Assembly: GCA_951406725.2 (NCBI GenBank) | Contig: OX597816.1 | Span: 112,034,001 to 112,098,000 of the forward strand | DNA: 64,000 nucleotides | Source of the DNA: Octopus vulgaris | Lineage: Eukaryota | Direction of reading: 5' to 3' | Part shown: positions 11,735 to 24,025 of the stretch, piece by piece | Numbering within the stretch: the stretch's first letter is position 1 | Layout: each line of letters starts with the position of its first letter | Program-made: the position numbers and the translations under genes | Notes under the pieces: generated by a model | Databases searched by the model: none | Told to the model about the DNA's origin: nothing | What the model saw: only the letters and a program-made list of their open reading frames with translations

Positions 11735-13219
11735 AGCTGGATCTCTCTCAGCATACCAGTGAACCACAAAATTGCACTAGCCAGCATCACCACCACCTCC
11801 AAGCCTGTCATATATATATATATATATATATAAAACAAACTTGGAAGAGGATGTGTGGCATTCAATCATACAATAATATAAAATATATATATATATATAT
11901 GTGTAGAAGGTTTAATGATGATAATGATGATCTTAAAACCAAGACAGGATAGTTGTGAGCTTAGGTTTGCTCAAACAAGACTAATCTGGGTCTTGATAAG
12001 TGCCCTACCAGCAGATACAAAAGTTTAACACCTTTTTCAAGAAAAACGAAACTAGTTTTTATCATTAATGTCTGTAGTTGTCTCAAATATTTGTTACATG
12101 TGGACATATTTAAATAAAATAACTCAGCTTCTATATGAGTCTAGCCTTTATTAACTCTACTCTAACCCAGTTCTATCATTTAGTTTTCTGTAGAATTCTG
12201 GTTTAAGTACCCCCATATAACTTCTCATAACTTTAAAATTTTTAGGAATTTCCAGAAAATTTTTGCGAATTTTTTCTACACATGGGAATTCATACATTTA
12301 TGGAACAAAAGAAATTTTTAAAACCCGGCCACATCACCATAAATCCTAAAATGTCTACTCTTTTCTGAATCTTTCTTTAAAATTAGAGTTGAAAATATGG
12401 ACGCTCTGAATTTTTTGCTTAAATCTCAGCAGTGGACCACACTTGGATGCATCATCATTCCATTAAATGTGTTTATGGAGAAAAAAATATTGGTAAACAT
12501 CAATACACATCAGAGGGACAAAGAAATGAGGATGCTATCAGATGATCATGGGATGTGCTAAAAACAACAGCTAAATCACCCTTAAATCACATACACAAAA
12601 AAGAACTCTTTTGTGCTACTTTTCCTCTAATAATGAAAATATTTTCAAACAATGTTTCAGGTTATATCCTTGACAAATTATTCTAAAGTAAAGTTACATT
12701 CCAAAGATTGAGGTATATATGAAAACTAAAATATGTTCATTATGAAGGGGGCATTATACAGTATTGTAAAGATTACTCAAAGCTTTGAACATCCACAATT
12801 TAACTTTGATTTCAATTGAAAACATAGAAACAGCAGAAGTAGCTGGCATGACTTGTAGCAATTGCTTTCTTCATGAAACCTTAGATTTTCTTGGGTTATT
12901 TCTATTAATTTTCCTGCAAATAGTTTTAGGGTCACATTCTTGCTTCTTTTGTAAATTCATCTAAATACTTTATTTTGTGTTCCAGTGGTTGGAGCAGGAA
13001 AGCTGAGAATCTCTGACACCTCAGAGTCTCTAGTATTCATAATTTACTTAACTTGAATATTCTTTGATTTTTCTTCTTATTCAGTTTTGGGTGGAATGTC
13101 AGATAATCAATGCCATACTGTCAGTGTGTTCTAATTGATAAGACACTGGGCTTCCATTACTAAATGGAAGAATATCAAACTCGTATTGGCAGTTTGGGGT
13201 TTCACCTCTTTCTCTCTCG

Positions 13220-13251
<32 letters not shown>

Positions 13252-14424
13252 GACACACACACACATCTAGCATGCAGGCTGTTACAGAAACGCCATTGAA
13301 TTCTCTGCACAGTAAAGGCTTCAAATTTTATTACATGAGCTAGAATTTAATACCAAGACACCTCAAACATGCTAATTTCTACAATTATTTTGGACATCTA
13401 TAAAGTCAGGGGATAAAAGAATGATATCCCACCATCATAGTATCTTTAATGACAGCCTTGGATATTTCTTGCTACTATCCTTTAACCCTTGCTCAGCCCT
13501 AATCAACAAACCTTTGATAGATGTTCCTTTATAACCGTACCGCCTAATTTTTAGTTGTTATATATCTAGCACTGTTTTGTCCAATGTGTCAATGTAAAGG
13601 TATGATTTGAAGGAGATATGGCAGCTATTTCCAACAAGTCAATTTAACACATAGCAGTATCTTTTCTAACTTCTTTCCCAACAGTTCTATTGCTATGAGT
13701 AGAAAAATAATTATTTTAATATTAATATAAAGGAGAAATAGATGAGTTCCAACATATTTGCATTTCCAAGAAACTGAACCAAGACTTGCTCACAGATATT
13801 TGATAAGCAATTTCTATGTTAATGAATCTACAGTAACACAGGTCAACTCCAATAATATTAATAAAAAATAAGCCAATAAAGGAGATTCTATGTGGTAATT
13901 TGATATACTTGAAATAGCAGCCAAATTTCCATTAACACCCCCTCCTGCTTTTAAAATAGAAATGACATTTGGATTAATGTAGTTCTACTTACACTGTCAG
14001 AAGAAAAGTTTTATGGACAGTGCTTGAATGACTTTGCACAGGTTAGATCAGTGTTTCTCATATGAGATGGTTGTGAAGATTGAAAAGGAGACAAACGTAT
14101 TGCTGTGCTCAATAAAATTAAGATATTTTAAAAGTTATAAAATTTGTCTAACATCATGGTGAAGAAAGAAATTTTACATGGATGTAAATCCTATTTTATC
14201 TTTTCATTAATAAAGAGTAGTGATAGGACAAAAGATTTTGCTAATATGCTTTGGCAGACTGAGGACCGATATTTGTCAGTTACAGAAATCACTCAGTTAG
14301 CTTGACCAGTGCTGACCTAAAGCTAATCAACAAGAACAATAAAATATGCTTTTTTTTTTAAAGGACATCATCTGTATTAAATTAATTTATTATACACCTA
14401 AAAATCCTTCTAATTAATGATTTA

Positions 14425-14585
14425 TAATATTGTTTTCAGCTTTTGGCACAAAGCCAGCAATTCTGGGAGAGGGGTTAAGTCGATTACATCAACCCCAGTG
14501 CTCAACTAGTATTTATTTTATTGACCTCAAAAGGATGAAAAGCTAAATTGACCTTGGCAGAATTTGAACTCAGAATGTAAAGACT
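14425..14585 (-). mobile_element. family B SINE, partial
   Basis: aagtcgattacatcaaccccagtg...aaaggatgaaaagc...gaatttgaactcag. Confidence 0.8.
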
Positions 14586-15274
14586 AACATTTGTCATACA
14601 GGAAGTGGATGGAAATCCATAGTACGTGTATATACATGTGTGTGTGTGTGTATACACAAAAATATGCATACGTATGTATGTATATATATTTGTAGTTGTA
14701 TGTTTGTATTTCTGTTTATGATTGTATTCTATAACTTAATTTGCCAAACAGGCACCAATAAATGAGTTATAAAACTAAATACTAGAGCCAATATGACTGA
14801 CTAAACATTTGAAGTATTGCCCCAGCATGGTCACAGTCCTACCAACGATTGTAACCAGTAAAAGACAACATAATGTGTGTGTTTGAAAATAGTCTAGAAT
14901 AAAATATCTGAAAGCAATTTGAACTCTTGATCCATGTCATATCAGCCAAAAGCCTTATCTGCTTCATCATTTCTTCTTTATACAATATTAAGCTTTGAGA
15001 TTACATCACTGAAATCAGAGAAAGCTGTCATCTGTTACAAAGCCAGGCTTGCCCAAATAAAGAATAAAATCTCTATCAGAGGGTAGATTGTATGAATTTA
15101 GGATCAAGATGATCGTCACTAAGCTAATCAGTTTTGCTAACTAACTCACCTGAGCCAATGTAGAAGCTTATACATAGTTTATCAGCCTAGAATTAGCCAA
15201 AAATTTCCCTCAAATTAAACCTGTTGTCATAAAAGAGGGCATATTATATAACATAATATCTTAAATCCACCATT

Positions 15275-15680
15275 ATTATCATCATCATTTAATTAATGGG
15301 ATGGCTTGACAAGAGCTAGTGGGATCAGGTGCCACACCAGGCTCCATAGTCTATTTTGGCTTGGTTTCTACAGCTGGATGCCCTTCCTAATGTCAGCTAC
15401 TTTACAAAGTGTACTGCTTTTTGCATGGCACCATCACAAGTGCTTTATACATGGTACATGGCACCATCACTAGTGCTTTTTACATGGCACCAGCACCAGT
15501 GCTTTTTATGTGGCACCTTGATGCTGTTGTGGTAGGCAGGTCTTCTTGAGTATAGCAATGCACCGTATATCTCAGTTCTTACTTAGCTCCTTTGTAAGAT
15601 TCAGTGTTTAGAGACTGGCCTTCAATAATTTATCCCATATCTTCTTGGGTCTCCCTCCACCACTACTTCCCTCCACATCA
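15275..15680 (-). mobile_element. RTE LINE 3' end joined to its 3' UTR (family F tail)
   Basis: 15540-15680 translates on the minus strand to DVEGSSGGGRPKKIWDKLLKASL*TLNLTKE; it runs directly into tggcacc repeats, gtttctacagctggatgcccttcctaa and a (cat)n tail. Confidence 0.75.
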
Positions 15681-16009
15681 GCTTTTAAAATGTGACAGTA
15701 TGACTTGTCATGGTTAAGAAAATTTTATCATAGAACTACACAATCATAATTGACCTAAGAATTAAAAAAAATATATGTTTATTCAACCCAAGAGAAATAA
15801 CACTCAAACTACAGACTCCAATTTAAATAAGAAAATACTGTTAACTTTTATCATTGTTGTTCCTGTCAATTCCATATTGGCATTGATATATTATCTATTT
15901 ATCTCCAGATGCCATATTTTGATACATGTACTCATTTTAGGTCATTACCAAATATAAAATGATAAATTTTTTATTTCTAATTCAAAATTTCAAAATATAC
16001 ACTTAACTC

Positions 16010-16320
16010 ATCGCTTAGAGGTTACAGTATTCAGCTGATAATCACGAGGTTGTGAGTTTGATTACTGGCAGTGCCTTGTGTCCTTGAACAAGATGCTTCA
16101 TTTCATATTGCTCCAGTCAAGTCCATTCAGCTGGCAAAAATGAGTAGTACTTGTATTCCAAAGGGCTAGCCTTGTCACATTCTGTGCCACACTGAATCTC
16201 CCTGAGACTATGTTAAGGGTACATATGTCTGTGGAGTGCCCAGCCATTTGCCCATTAATTTCATGAGCAGGCTGTTTTGTTGATTGTATCATCTGGAACC
16301 CTCATTGTCATAACCGACCT
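16010..16320 (+). mobile_element. tRNA-derived SINE, family E
   Basis: Same central domain as D (ttcatattgctccagtc...cagctggcaaaaatgagta) with a different tail; second copy at 42640-42965(-). Confidence 0.75.
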
Positions 16321-18061
16321 TGTGTCATCTACACTTAACAAAAAACAGAAACATTAAATAATGTTATCTCTGCTTTACAACAAGCTGGGATGGTCATAGC
16401 AAGATCCCCTGCAAACATAATTCTGCTCATTTAGTACTGACCCAGGGCTAAATAAAATTGCCAAAACAACAGAAGGAAGACTCTAAGTTATCAAGCAATT
16501 TGCCTGAAATAGCATCAAAATCTTTCTCAAATCACACTTTACAATCAAAGACAAAACAGGAGACATTAGATAATGTGTAGACTGGCATACACCGTCTGAA
16601 AATACAATGAAATGGTTACATCTGGAATGCCTTTGATTAAAGGCCAGCTCAAACAAGGCTGACTTGGGACTATAGAACAACAGCAATAAATAAGGTTCGT
16701 AGAGCCTGATTTATTCAGTCCACTCCAGATGTATGAGAATTGCATATGGTCTGAAAGGGGTAATTCAGTAAGCCATTTTGGCAATTATATTATAAATCAA
16801 CCAAGAAAACAGAAATTAAATCAATAAAAAAAAAGTAATCTACATTAACCTTAGCACAATTATATCAAACAAACATGTTACAACAATTCACTGTTTTATT
16901 TATTTAAGACTGGATGTTAAATTTAAAATGACACTTAACAGGGTAATGATCAACCTTCTTCGTGATCACTCCAAAAATATGTGACAACCAAAACACTCTA
17001 AAATCACATCCTATCACTTCTATCCTCTTCAAGATAAATCAGAAGATTAAAATTGGTAATGTACTTCTGTATATATGGCGCCTGTGAAAAACGATCAGAT
17101 GGTCATGACAGAAACACTTCTGATTATAGGTCTTCTGGTTGAGAGCTCATCTGGACCTATAACAACAGGTTTATAGAGAAGTCCTGTTTAGTTGTGCCAC
17201 ATAGAGGTTCCTTTGTTGGCTAGAAATAGCAACCAAATATTCCTTATATTTATACACTACCATTTTAAATAAAGAACATATTAGACAATGTAGTCCCTGA
17301 TATTCTAGATTCTAGGTTTGATCCTATTGCGTGACATTTTGGACAAGTGTCTTCAACTGTAGCTTTGAGTTGATCATTCAATACTCAGTGGATGCAATTT
17401 GGCAAGCAGAACTATCCATCATATGTGCATGTTTTTATATGTGTTTACATGTATGTGACTGTCTTTTTTCCTAATGTATATTTATGAAAAATGTAAACGT
17501 TAGCAAGAAAACCGATTCATCATTAATTTTGAAACAAAACTCCCTTATGATACTCACTCTGCATGAGTTACATAGATAGCCCCTGGTCATATGCACAGTT
17601 TCAGTGCAGTAAATACATGATTCACCCAATGGAAGCCTGTAATCAACTATGTTATTCTTCACAAAATAGGGGAAAAATATAAATGGAATATATACACATA
17701 GTATATTACTGAAATAGAGAGATAAACTAAATATATTATACAAACAAGGGAAACTCAAATCCGGTTATTTGAGTTTCACACCAAGACATTGGTATGAAGT
17801 TATTTTGGCCGTTGATTAGTAATTGATGACCATGCCATTGTCCATTAGTTGTCTTGTGAAGCCACAACAGGAGAAACAACTGGTACTACTCAAAATAAAC
17901 AGTGGTAGCAGGGAGTGCAATTTCAGTAATACAGAAAGGTGGCTTATTCTGAAGAGCTTACTGGACCGTACTATTTTTAAATATTAAGAGTTTAAATGTT
18001 AAAAGTGAAACTTTGGAAGCTGCTTCCATACCATGAAGTAAATCCCCCAGAACTTTATTTT

Positions 18062-18360
18062 TTTGTTCCTTCTCGAGCCATGCCTGGCCCATAAGGGCCG
18101 GTTTCCCAGTTTCTTTGGCGTATAGGTTCCCCATCTGGACGGGACGCCAGTCCATCGCAGGTGAGCTGCAAGATGCAGGAGGAAAGAGTGAGAGAAAGTT
18201 GTGGCAAAAGAGTCAGCAGAAGTTCATTATTACCTTCCGCTGGAGCCATGTGGAGCTTAGGTGTTTCACTCATAAACACACACATCGCCTAGTCTGAGAT
18301 TCAAACTCGTGATCCCTCGACCGCAAGTCTGCTGCTCTAACCACTAGGCCATGTGCCTCC
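18062..18360 (-). mobile_element. tRNA-derived SINE, family C (full length)
   Basis: Reverse complement of ggaggcacatggcctagtggttagagcag...gagtttgaatctc; closely matches 53860-54160. Confidence 0.9.
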
Positions 18361-19585
18361 AATCCCCAGAGCTTAGTATTCAACTACACAAATTCAACAA
18401 GAGATTCTATGAAATTTTATGTTTTATGAATTATTAATGCTAATTATTTTTATTAATTATATCAATCATATCCAATTACACAGATTTGTATATATATATA
18501 TATGTAGGATCCTGTGTATGTGGGTATATACATATGTATATGCCTATATGTGTGCATGTGTATTATTTAAAATATGTATGTCCATTTTATTTACATTTTT
18601 ACACTTCTAAATTAGTTTTATATGCTTCTATAATTTTTATGCATTATTATTTTATAATAATGCATTTTTATGCATCATTATTTTATATTAAGACATTTTT
18701 ATGCATTATTGTTTGTGAGTGGATGAGAGAGCAGCACACACCATCAAAGTGATGCTGGGGTATAAATATACAAAGCCCAATATACCCATCTGATAAGGGT
18801 TCACCAAGCACATGCATCACAATCATATGTGATTAACATGATGACTTCATATCAAGATAATGAGTAGCCCATCCCACTCAAAAGGTCCTTGAATAAGAAA
18901 TGTTTAAGGATGATGAGCAAAACACGTTTCCAGGGGTGAACTGTTCAAACCCCGCAAAGTCCCTCTCAGCACATGGCTATATGTGTGTATGCATGTGTGT
19001 ATATCCATATATATATATACATACCATGTATATATATATGTGTGGTGTGTGCATAAACACATACACAAATGCATAAACACACATACACACACACACATAC
19101 ACACATATATGTATATATTTCAGGCGCAGAAGTAACAAGAAAGAAATATCTAAGAATATTTCTTAATAAAATCAATAATACAATTTCTCTTACATGTTTC
19201 TTTCTTAGAGCCATGCACTTCATCTTTCATCTTGTGATAAAAAACAACAAACAGTAGGATAAGCCAGCTGGATCATCATGTCAACATAGAAGCTTTTCTT
19301 TTATAACTTTCTAATTTTCCCACAAAGGAGCTTTAAATAAAATAGTTTTGCCATCTGGATTTTAGTTTTTATTTGTTTTATATATGCATTTATTTTATAT
19401 TTTAACCATTTTTATCATAGATTTTTTTTCATGATTGAGATGCTGTAGTTGATGATGTTTAGTTCTTGATCACTCATGACTAAGCAAACTTTATGATCAC
19501 ATGTATTTCAGAGTTGACCATCTTATCATGGGAGGGGGGAGGGGGTCACATTATGGAATATGTTCTTCCTACTGTTAAACCAACA

Positions 19586-19810
19586 GAGGCATGTGGCCTA
19601 GTGGTTTGGATGTTAGACTCATGATTGCAAGACTGTGGTTTCAATTCCTGGACTGGTGGCTGTTGTGTTCTTAAGCTAACACTTAATTTCACATTGCTCC
19701 AGTGTACTACACTGCAATGGACTGTTATCCCATCCAGGGGGTAAAAATATGTATATACCACAGAAACAGGGAAACCGACCCTTGTCAGCTCATAGGACTC
19801 AAGAAAGATG
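19586..19810 (+). mobile_element. family D SINE
   Basis: gaggcatgtggcctagtggtt...ggtttcaattcctgg...gcaatggactgttatcccatccaggg. Confidence 0.8.
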
Positions 19811-20774
19811 CTTTATCATTTATCCTTAATATTAAGCCACTAAGGTGTGAGTTGAGGAAGATTTGATAGCTGTTTCTAGCTGATCGAGCAACAATTAAGA
19901 GGGTTTTCCATTGGCTTATATTGTTCCTGATTGATGGTTAATGTATGTTTGTGTGCAAATGAAGAAAGATCACAAGAGTCTGAAAAGGAATTTATTTCTA
20001 TTTCATTAAGAGAGAAAGAAAGAGAAAGAAAGTCTTTTCACTCGGCAACATCAGATAAAGGTTCTTTGTGGGGGGAAAAAAACATAATTAATATTTTGAT
20101 GGATTTTAGTAAATTATAATCAAATGGAATTAATACTGAAAAGGAATGGTTTCTATTTAATGAAGAAGGGATCGCAATCTTCTCAACAAATGAACAAGCA
20201 AACATTCATGTTCATCTTAATTATGTAGGGTTAGCAGAGTGTGGCTGTCAATTAGGAAAGACATTTGAATGGATTTAGTTGTTAATATAACACTAATTAT
20301 TCCTATTGATGCTAAAAGACTAAAAAAAAAATGTCAAAGAGAATAGAAGGAGGATAACAAAATTGAGTTTTAAAAAGAGAAAAAACCTGGAAATTTCATA
20401 AAATTCAATGAATAAAATGAATAATATTAAATAAAATGGACAATTGTAAATGTTAATTAACATCATTTTAATCAAATCCTTACAAAGTCTATTCTGATAT
20501 TCTGCAAGGACCACAATCCTGTGAAAGATTTCAGCATTTTCCAATATCAACCTGACATAAGCCAACATATGATGATGACAAATAACGTTTACCAGCAATT
20601 AGTCTAATAGCCAATACTTGAATTGTGGGATTTGGATGGGTTGCATGGGTAAGAAATATTTATTAATAGAAATATTAATTAAAATGGTTTATGGAGATCC
20701 AAAGATTTGAATGCGTAATGAATTATATATGTTATATATATATAGTGTTGTATATATATATATATATATATACG

Positions 20775-20970
20775 TGCAGGTGGCACGTAAAAAGCACCCA
20801 CTACACTCACGGAGTGGTTGGCGTTAGGAAGGGCATCCAGCTGTAGAAACATTGCCAAATTTAGACTGGAGCCTGGTGCAGCCTTCTGGCTTCCCAGAAC
20901 CCCGGTCGAACCGTCCAACCCATGCTAGCATGGAGAACGGACGTTAAACGACGATGATGATGATGATGAT
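20775..20970 (+). mobile_element. family F element (RTE 3'-UTR-derived), young copy
   Basis: ggcacgtaaaaagcaccc...ttaggaagggcatccagctgtagaaac...catgctagcatggagaacggacgttaaa(gat)n. Other copies: 24200-24517(+), 25855-26212(-), 26675-26938(+), 34415-34596(-), 49250-49420(+), 63320-63460(-). Confidence 0.85.
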
Positions 20971-21139
20971 ATCGTGAAGTATATTTGCCACTTAAATGTG
21001 GCTAACCCTTAAGGGTGGATGCTACTGTAGCTTGTAGCCCCAGGAGGACACCTCCTCCAGCTGGCTATTGACACACTTCTGTGTCCTATCAGTATTTGCA
21101 AAGGGAAGCCATCCTTCCCATCTTCAATCTGATATGATA

Positions 21140-21185
21140 CACATTAACTCGAGTTTCTGGGTATTGACCCGTCATCAGCGTATGA
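21140..21185 (-). ncRNA. degenerate minimal hammerhead-like motif
   Basis: Minus strand catacg-CTGATGA-cgggt caat accca-GAAA-ctcgag-tt: both core boxes and stem II (gggt/accc) present, palindromic stem III; stem I is out of register. Confidence 0.4.
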
Positions 21186-21794
21186 CAATCACCAATTGCT
21201 GATGAAAGGTGGGTTCCCTTTGCAAATATATATCTTTTTTCCAATGACAAAAAGTCACTGATATTGAAAAAAATATAAACAAGCAATAATAAACGATGTC
21301 GTGCAGCTACAGTTTATACCTCACCCAATTATTGCTTGTATATATATATAAAGTATTTTTCTCATGACTCAAATTTACTATCCATGTGATCATCAGGCAC
21401 ATATATTCTAGTTTCACAGTGATGTGAAATTAGGGTCATGAGAAAAATAACTAAGCTTAAATAAATCATATATTCAATATTATGTATTGAGAACTAACAA
21501 CTGCTTCCATTTCAAATTGTAATATTTCAATGCACTATGCAATTTTTCATATACATAAATACATTCCTCTCACCTGTTATTGCCTGTCCACATTCTTCTT
21601 ATATGTGTATATTATATAGATATATATATTTACATATATATATACTTATACACATATATATCTATATCCATATGTATACATAAATTCATACATACACAAA
21701 TTCATAAATACACACACACATATACATGTTTATAAACACATTCTCTGTGCATTTTCAATTTCATTTATTTCTTCTGTTCTATGCATATGTGTAT

Positions 21795-21888
21795 GTATAC
21801 ATACATACATACATACATACATACATACATACATACATACATACATACTTACTAACTTACTTACATACATACATACATACATACTTAC

Positions 21889-21919
<31 letters not shown>

Positions 21920-21981
21920 CATACATACTTACTTACTTACTTACATACATACATACATACATACTTACTTACATACATACA
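21795..21981. repeat. (CATA)n/(CTTA)n microsatellite
   Basis: Seen directly. Confidence 0.95.
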
Positions 21982-22158
21982 TATTTTATTTTGAGTTTAA
22001 CAAGGCTACCAATGGTTTAATGTGAAGAGATCTTCCCAATTGCACAAGTGTACCACATGGAAGTGTTGGTACCCATCTTCAGTGAAATGCTTGAACAATT
22101 GTGAAGATCTCACAACATGAAACCATTGGTTGCCTTGTTAACTTACAAATAGAAATAT
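21981..22158. repeat. imperfect foldback, arms about 70 bp
   Basis: ttaacaaggctaccaatggtttaatgtgaagagatcttcccaattg is inverted relative to caattgtgaagatctcacaacatgaaaccattggttgccttgttaa. Confidence 0.85.
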
Positions 22159-22257
22159 CTATCCACCAATACAGTGTTGAGCAGTCATTCTCATTGTTGA
22201 ATATTAGCATGTGTGTATATATATATATATACACACACAGATATATACATTTATATA

Positions 22258-22422
22258 TATGACAGACTTCATTCAGTTTCTGTCTACAAATCCACTCACA
22301 AGATGCTGGTCAGCCCAGAGCTATAGTAGAAATCATTTGTGCAAGGTGCTGCACAGTGAGATAGAACCTGAGTCCAATTAGTTTGGAAGCAAGCTTCTTA
22401 ACCACACAGCCATGTCTGAACC
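22258..22422 (-). mobile_element. family A SINE, 5' half
   Basis: ttcagtttctgtctacaaatccactcacaag...cttaaccacacagcca. Confidence 0.75.
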
Positions 22423-22894
22423 TAAAAAGCTAATGTGTTATTTAAAATATCGGCATCAATATTAGCAATTTACTAATTATTATACAACAAATTTGCTATT
22501 AAGTAATTATTCTCTTCCTATTTTTAGTTAGATATTACTATTTCAGACTTTTGTGAAATTTCAGTGACCAGTTCATTGATATCAGCTGCACTAGTAGGAA
22601 ATGATTGATTAATTAATTAATTAATTAATTAATTGTGCATGTTATTTGTGCTGTTGTTGTTGTTGCTTTAGATCAACTCTGACGGATAATCATACATATT
22701 GAGGCTGTTGCCATTCCATCTTATTTTCAAGTATAGTATTCTCAGACTACATTACCTAATGTCCTTCCCATTTATTAAGATAGTAATTTCTTATTTACGG
22801 GAGCTTAGGTTACTATTTCTAGCAGGCGATGTAATCATGCAAATATTCTGTTATCAGATCATGTATGTTGTTTGTACATACAGTCACATAGATA

Positions 22895-22943
<49 letters not shown>

Positions 22944-23555
22944 AACTCACTTACACAGGTAACACATTCATATTGGCAAATGCACGGTAGAATTAACAGA
23001 CTATTAGCCAAAATATCAGGTGGTGTTTGTTCACATTTCCTTATCTGTTGATTGCTTTCTCTCATTGTGGTATCGGTTAATTTAGTATCAGCCTACAGGA
23101 TTCATACTGGAGTCAACACTATAAAGTAAGTACTAAAAAGTAGTGGCCCAGCTTAATAACAATGTGACGAATGAAACCAATACAAGACAAAGAAAATATT
23201 TACGTTTAGTTTCATAATTGTTGTACTTGTGGTGGCGGCGGTTTGTGTGTGTGCTTATGAGTGTGTGCATGTATGTGTGAGAGAGTGTGTGTGTGTGTAT
23301 ATACTTATATGTATTTCTACATATATGCATGTGCATGTATATATATATATAATAATAGTATGAGGAAATATTATTCCAAGCTTACAGGGAAAAATTCAAT
23401 TTAGAAATACTAAATCAAATTTCACAAAATATAATATATATATATAAATTAGAAAAAAAATACCTTAAGTACCAGTTGTGTACTGGGGTGGACCTTATCA
23501 ACTGGCCCCCTCTCCAAAAATTTCGGGCTTTGTGCCTCATGCCCTACATACATAG

Positions 23556-23630
<75 letters not shown>

Positions 23631-23734
23631 TATACTTGTGTACCTGAACTCATTTATTTTTTTGGCAATATTTATCCTCTTTGATAATAATGATAATGAA
23701 TGATAAATGAAGAAAATAGAAAGCAAGTAAATCA

Positions 23735-24025
23735 ATCAGGATCCACAGAAGAAGCTTACTCATTAATTCACCATTGCCCCAATAGCAGTGACCAGCATGT
23801 CTTGTCCTCCACTCACAAATGATTGATGATAAGCTGAGGATATACATGGATATTTCCACAAAGCTCTTTCCTCGGATGTGGTTTCAAGATTTATTGAGAA
23901 CAGCACACAACATACATGCATAAACCCCATCAAGCTTCTTGTCCATCTTTTTGGCCAGCATTTATGCTGATGAACTCTAACAAAGAGCTGATCTACGATG
24001 ACTCTCAAGAATTCCTTTTTCATCC
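23735..24025 (-). mobile_element. RTE-clade LINE RT C-terminal fragment
   Basis: Frameshifted minus-strand translation includes SIICEWRTRHAGHCYWGNGELMSKLLLW (RRxRHAGHCxR...LLW type) and KMDKKLDGVYACMLCAVLN. Confidence 0.7.

Noticed and set aside
15420-15520. short repeated tggcacc units resembling a CRISPR array
   Set aside because: Degenerate tandem units inside an RTE 3' UTR; no constant repeat with unique spacers, no cas genes, eukaryotic context.
20120-20278. stop-free frame of about 50 codons in unique sequence
   Set aside because: No recognisable domain, start or splice support.
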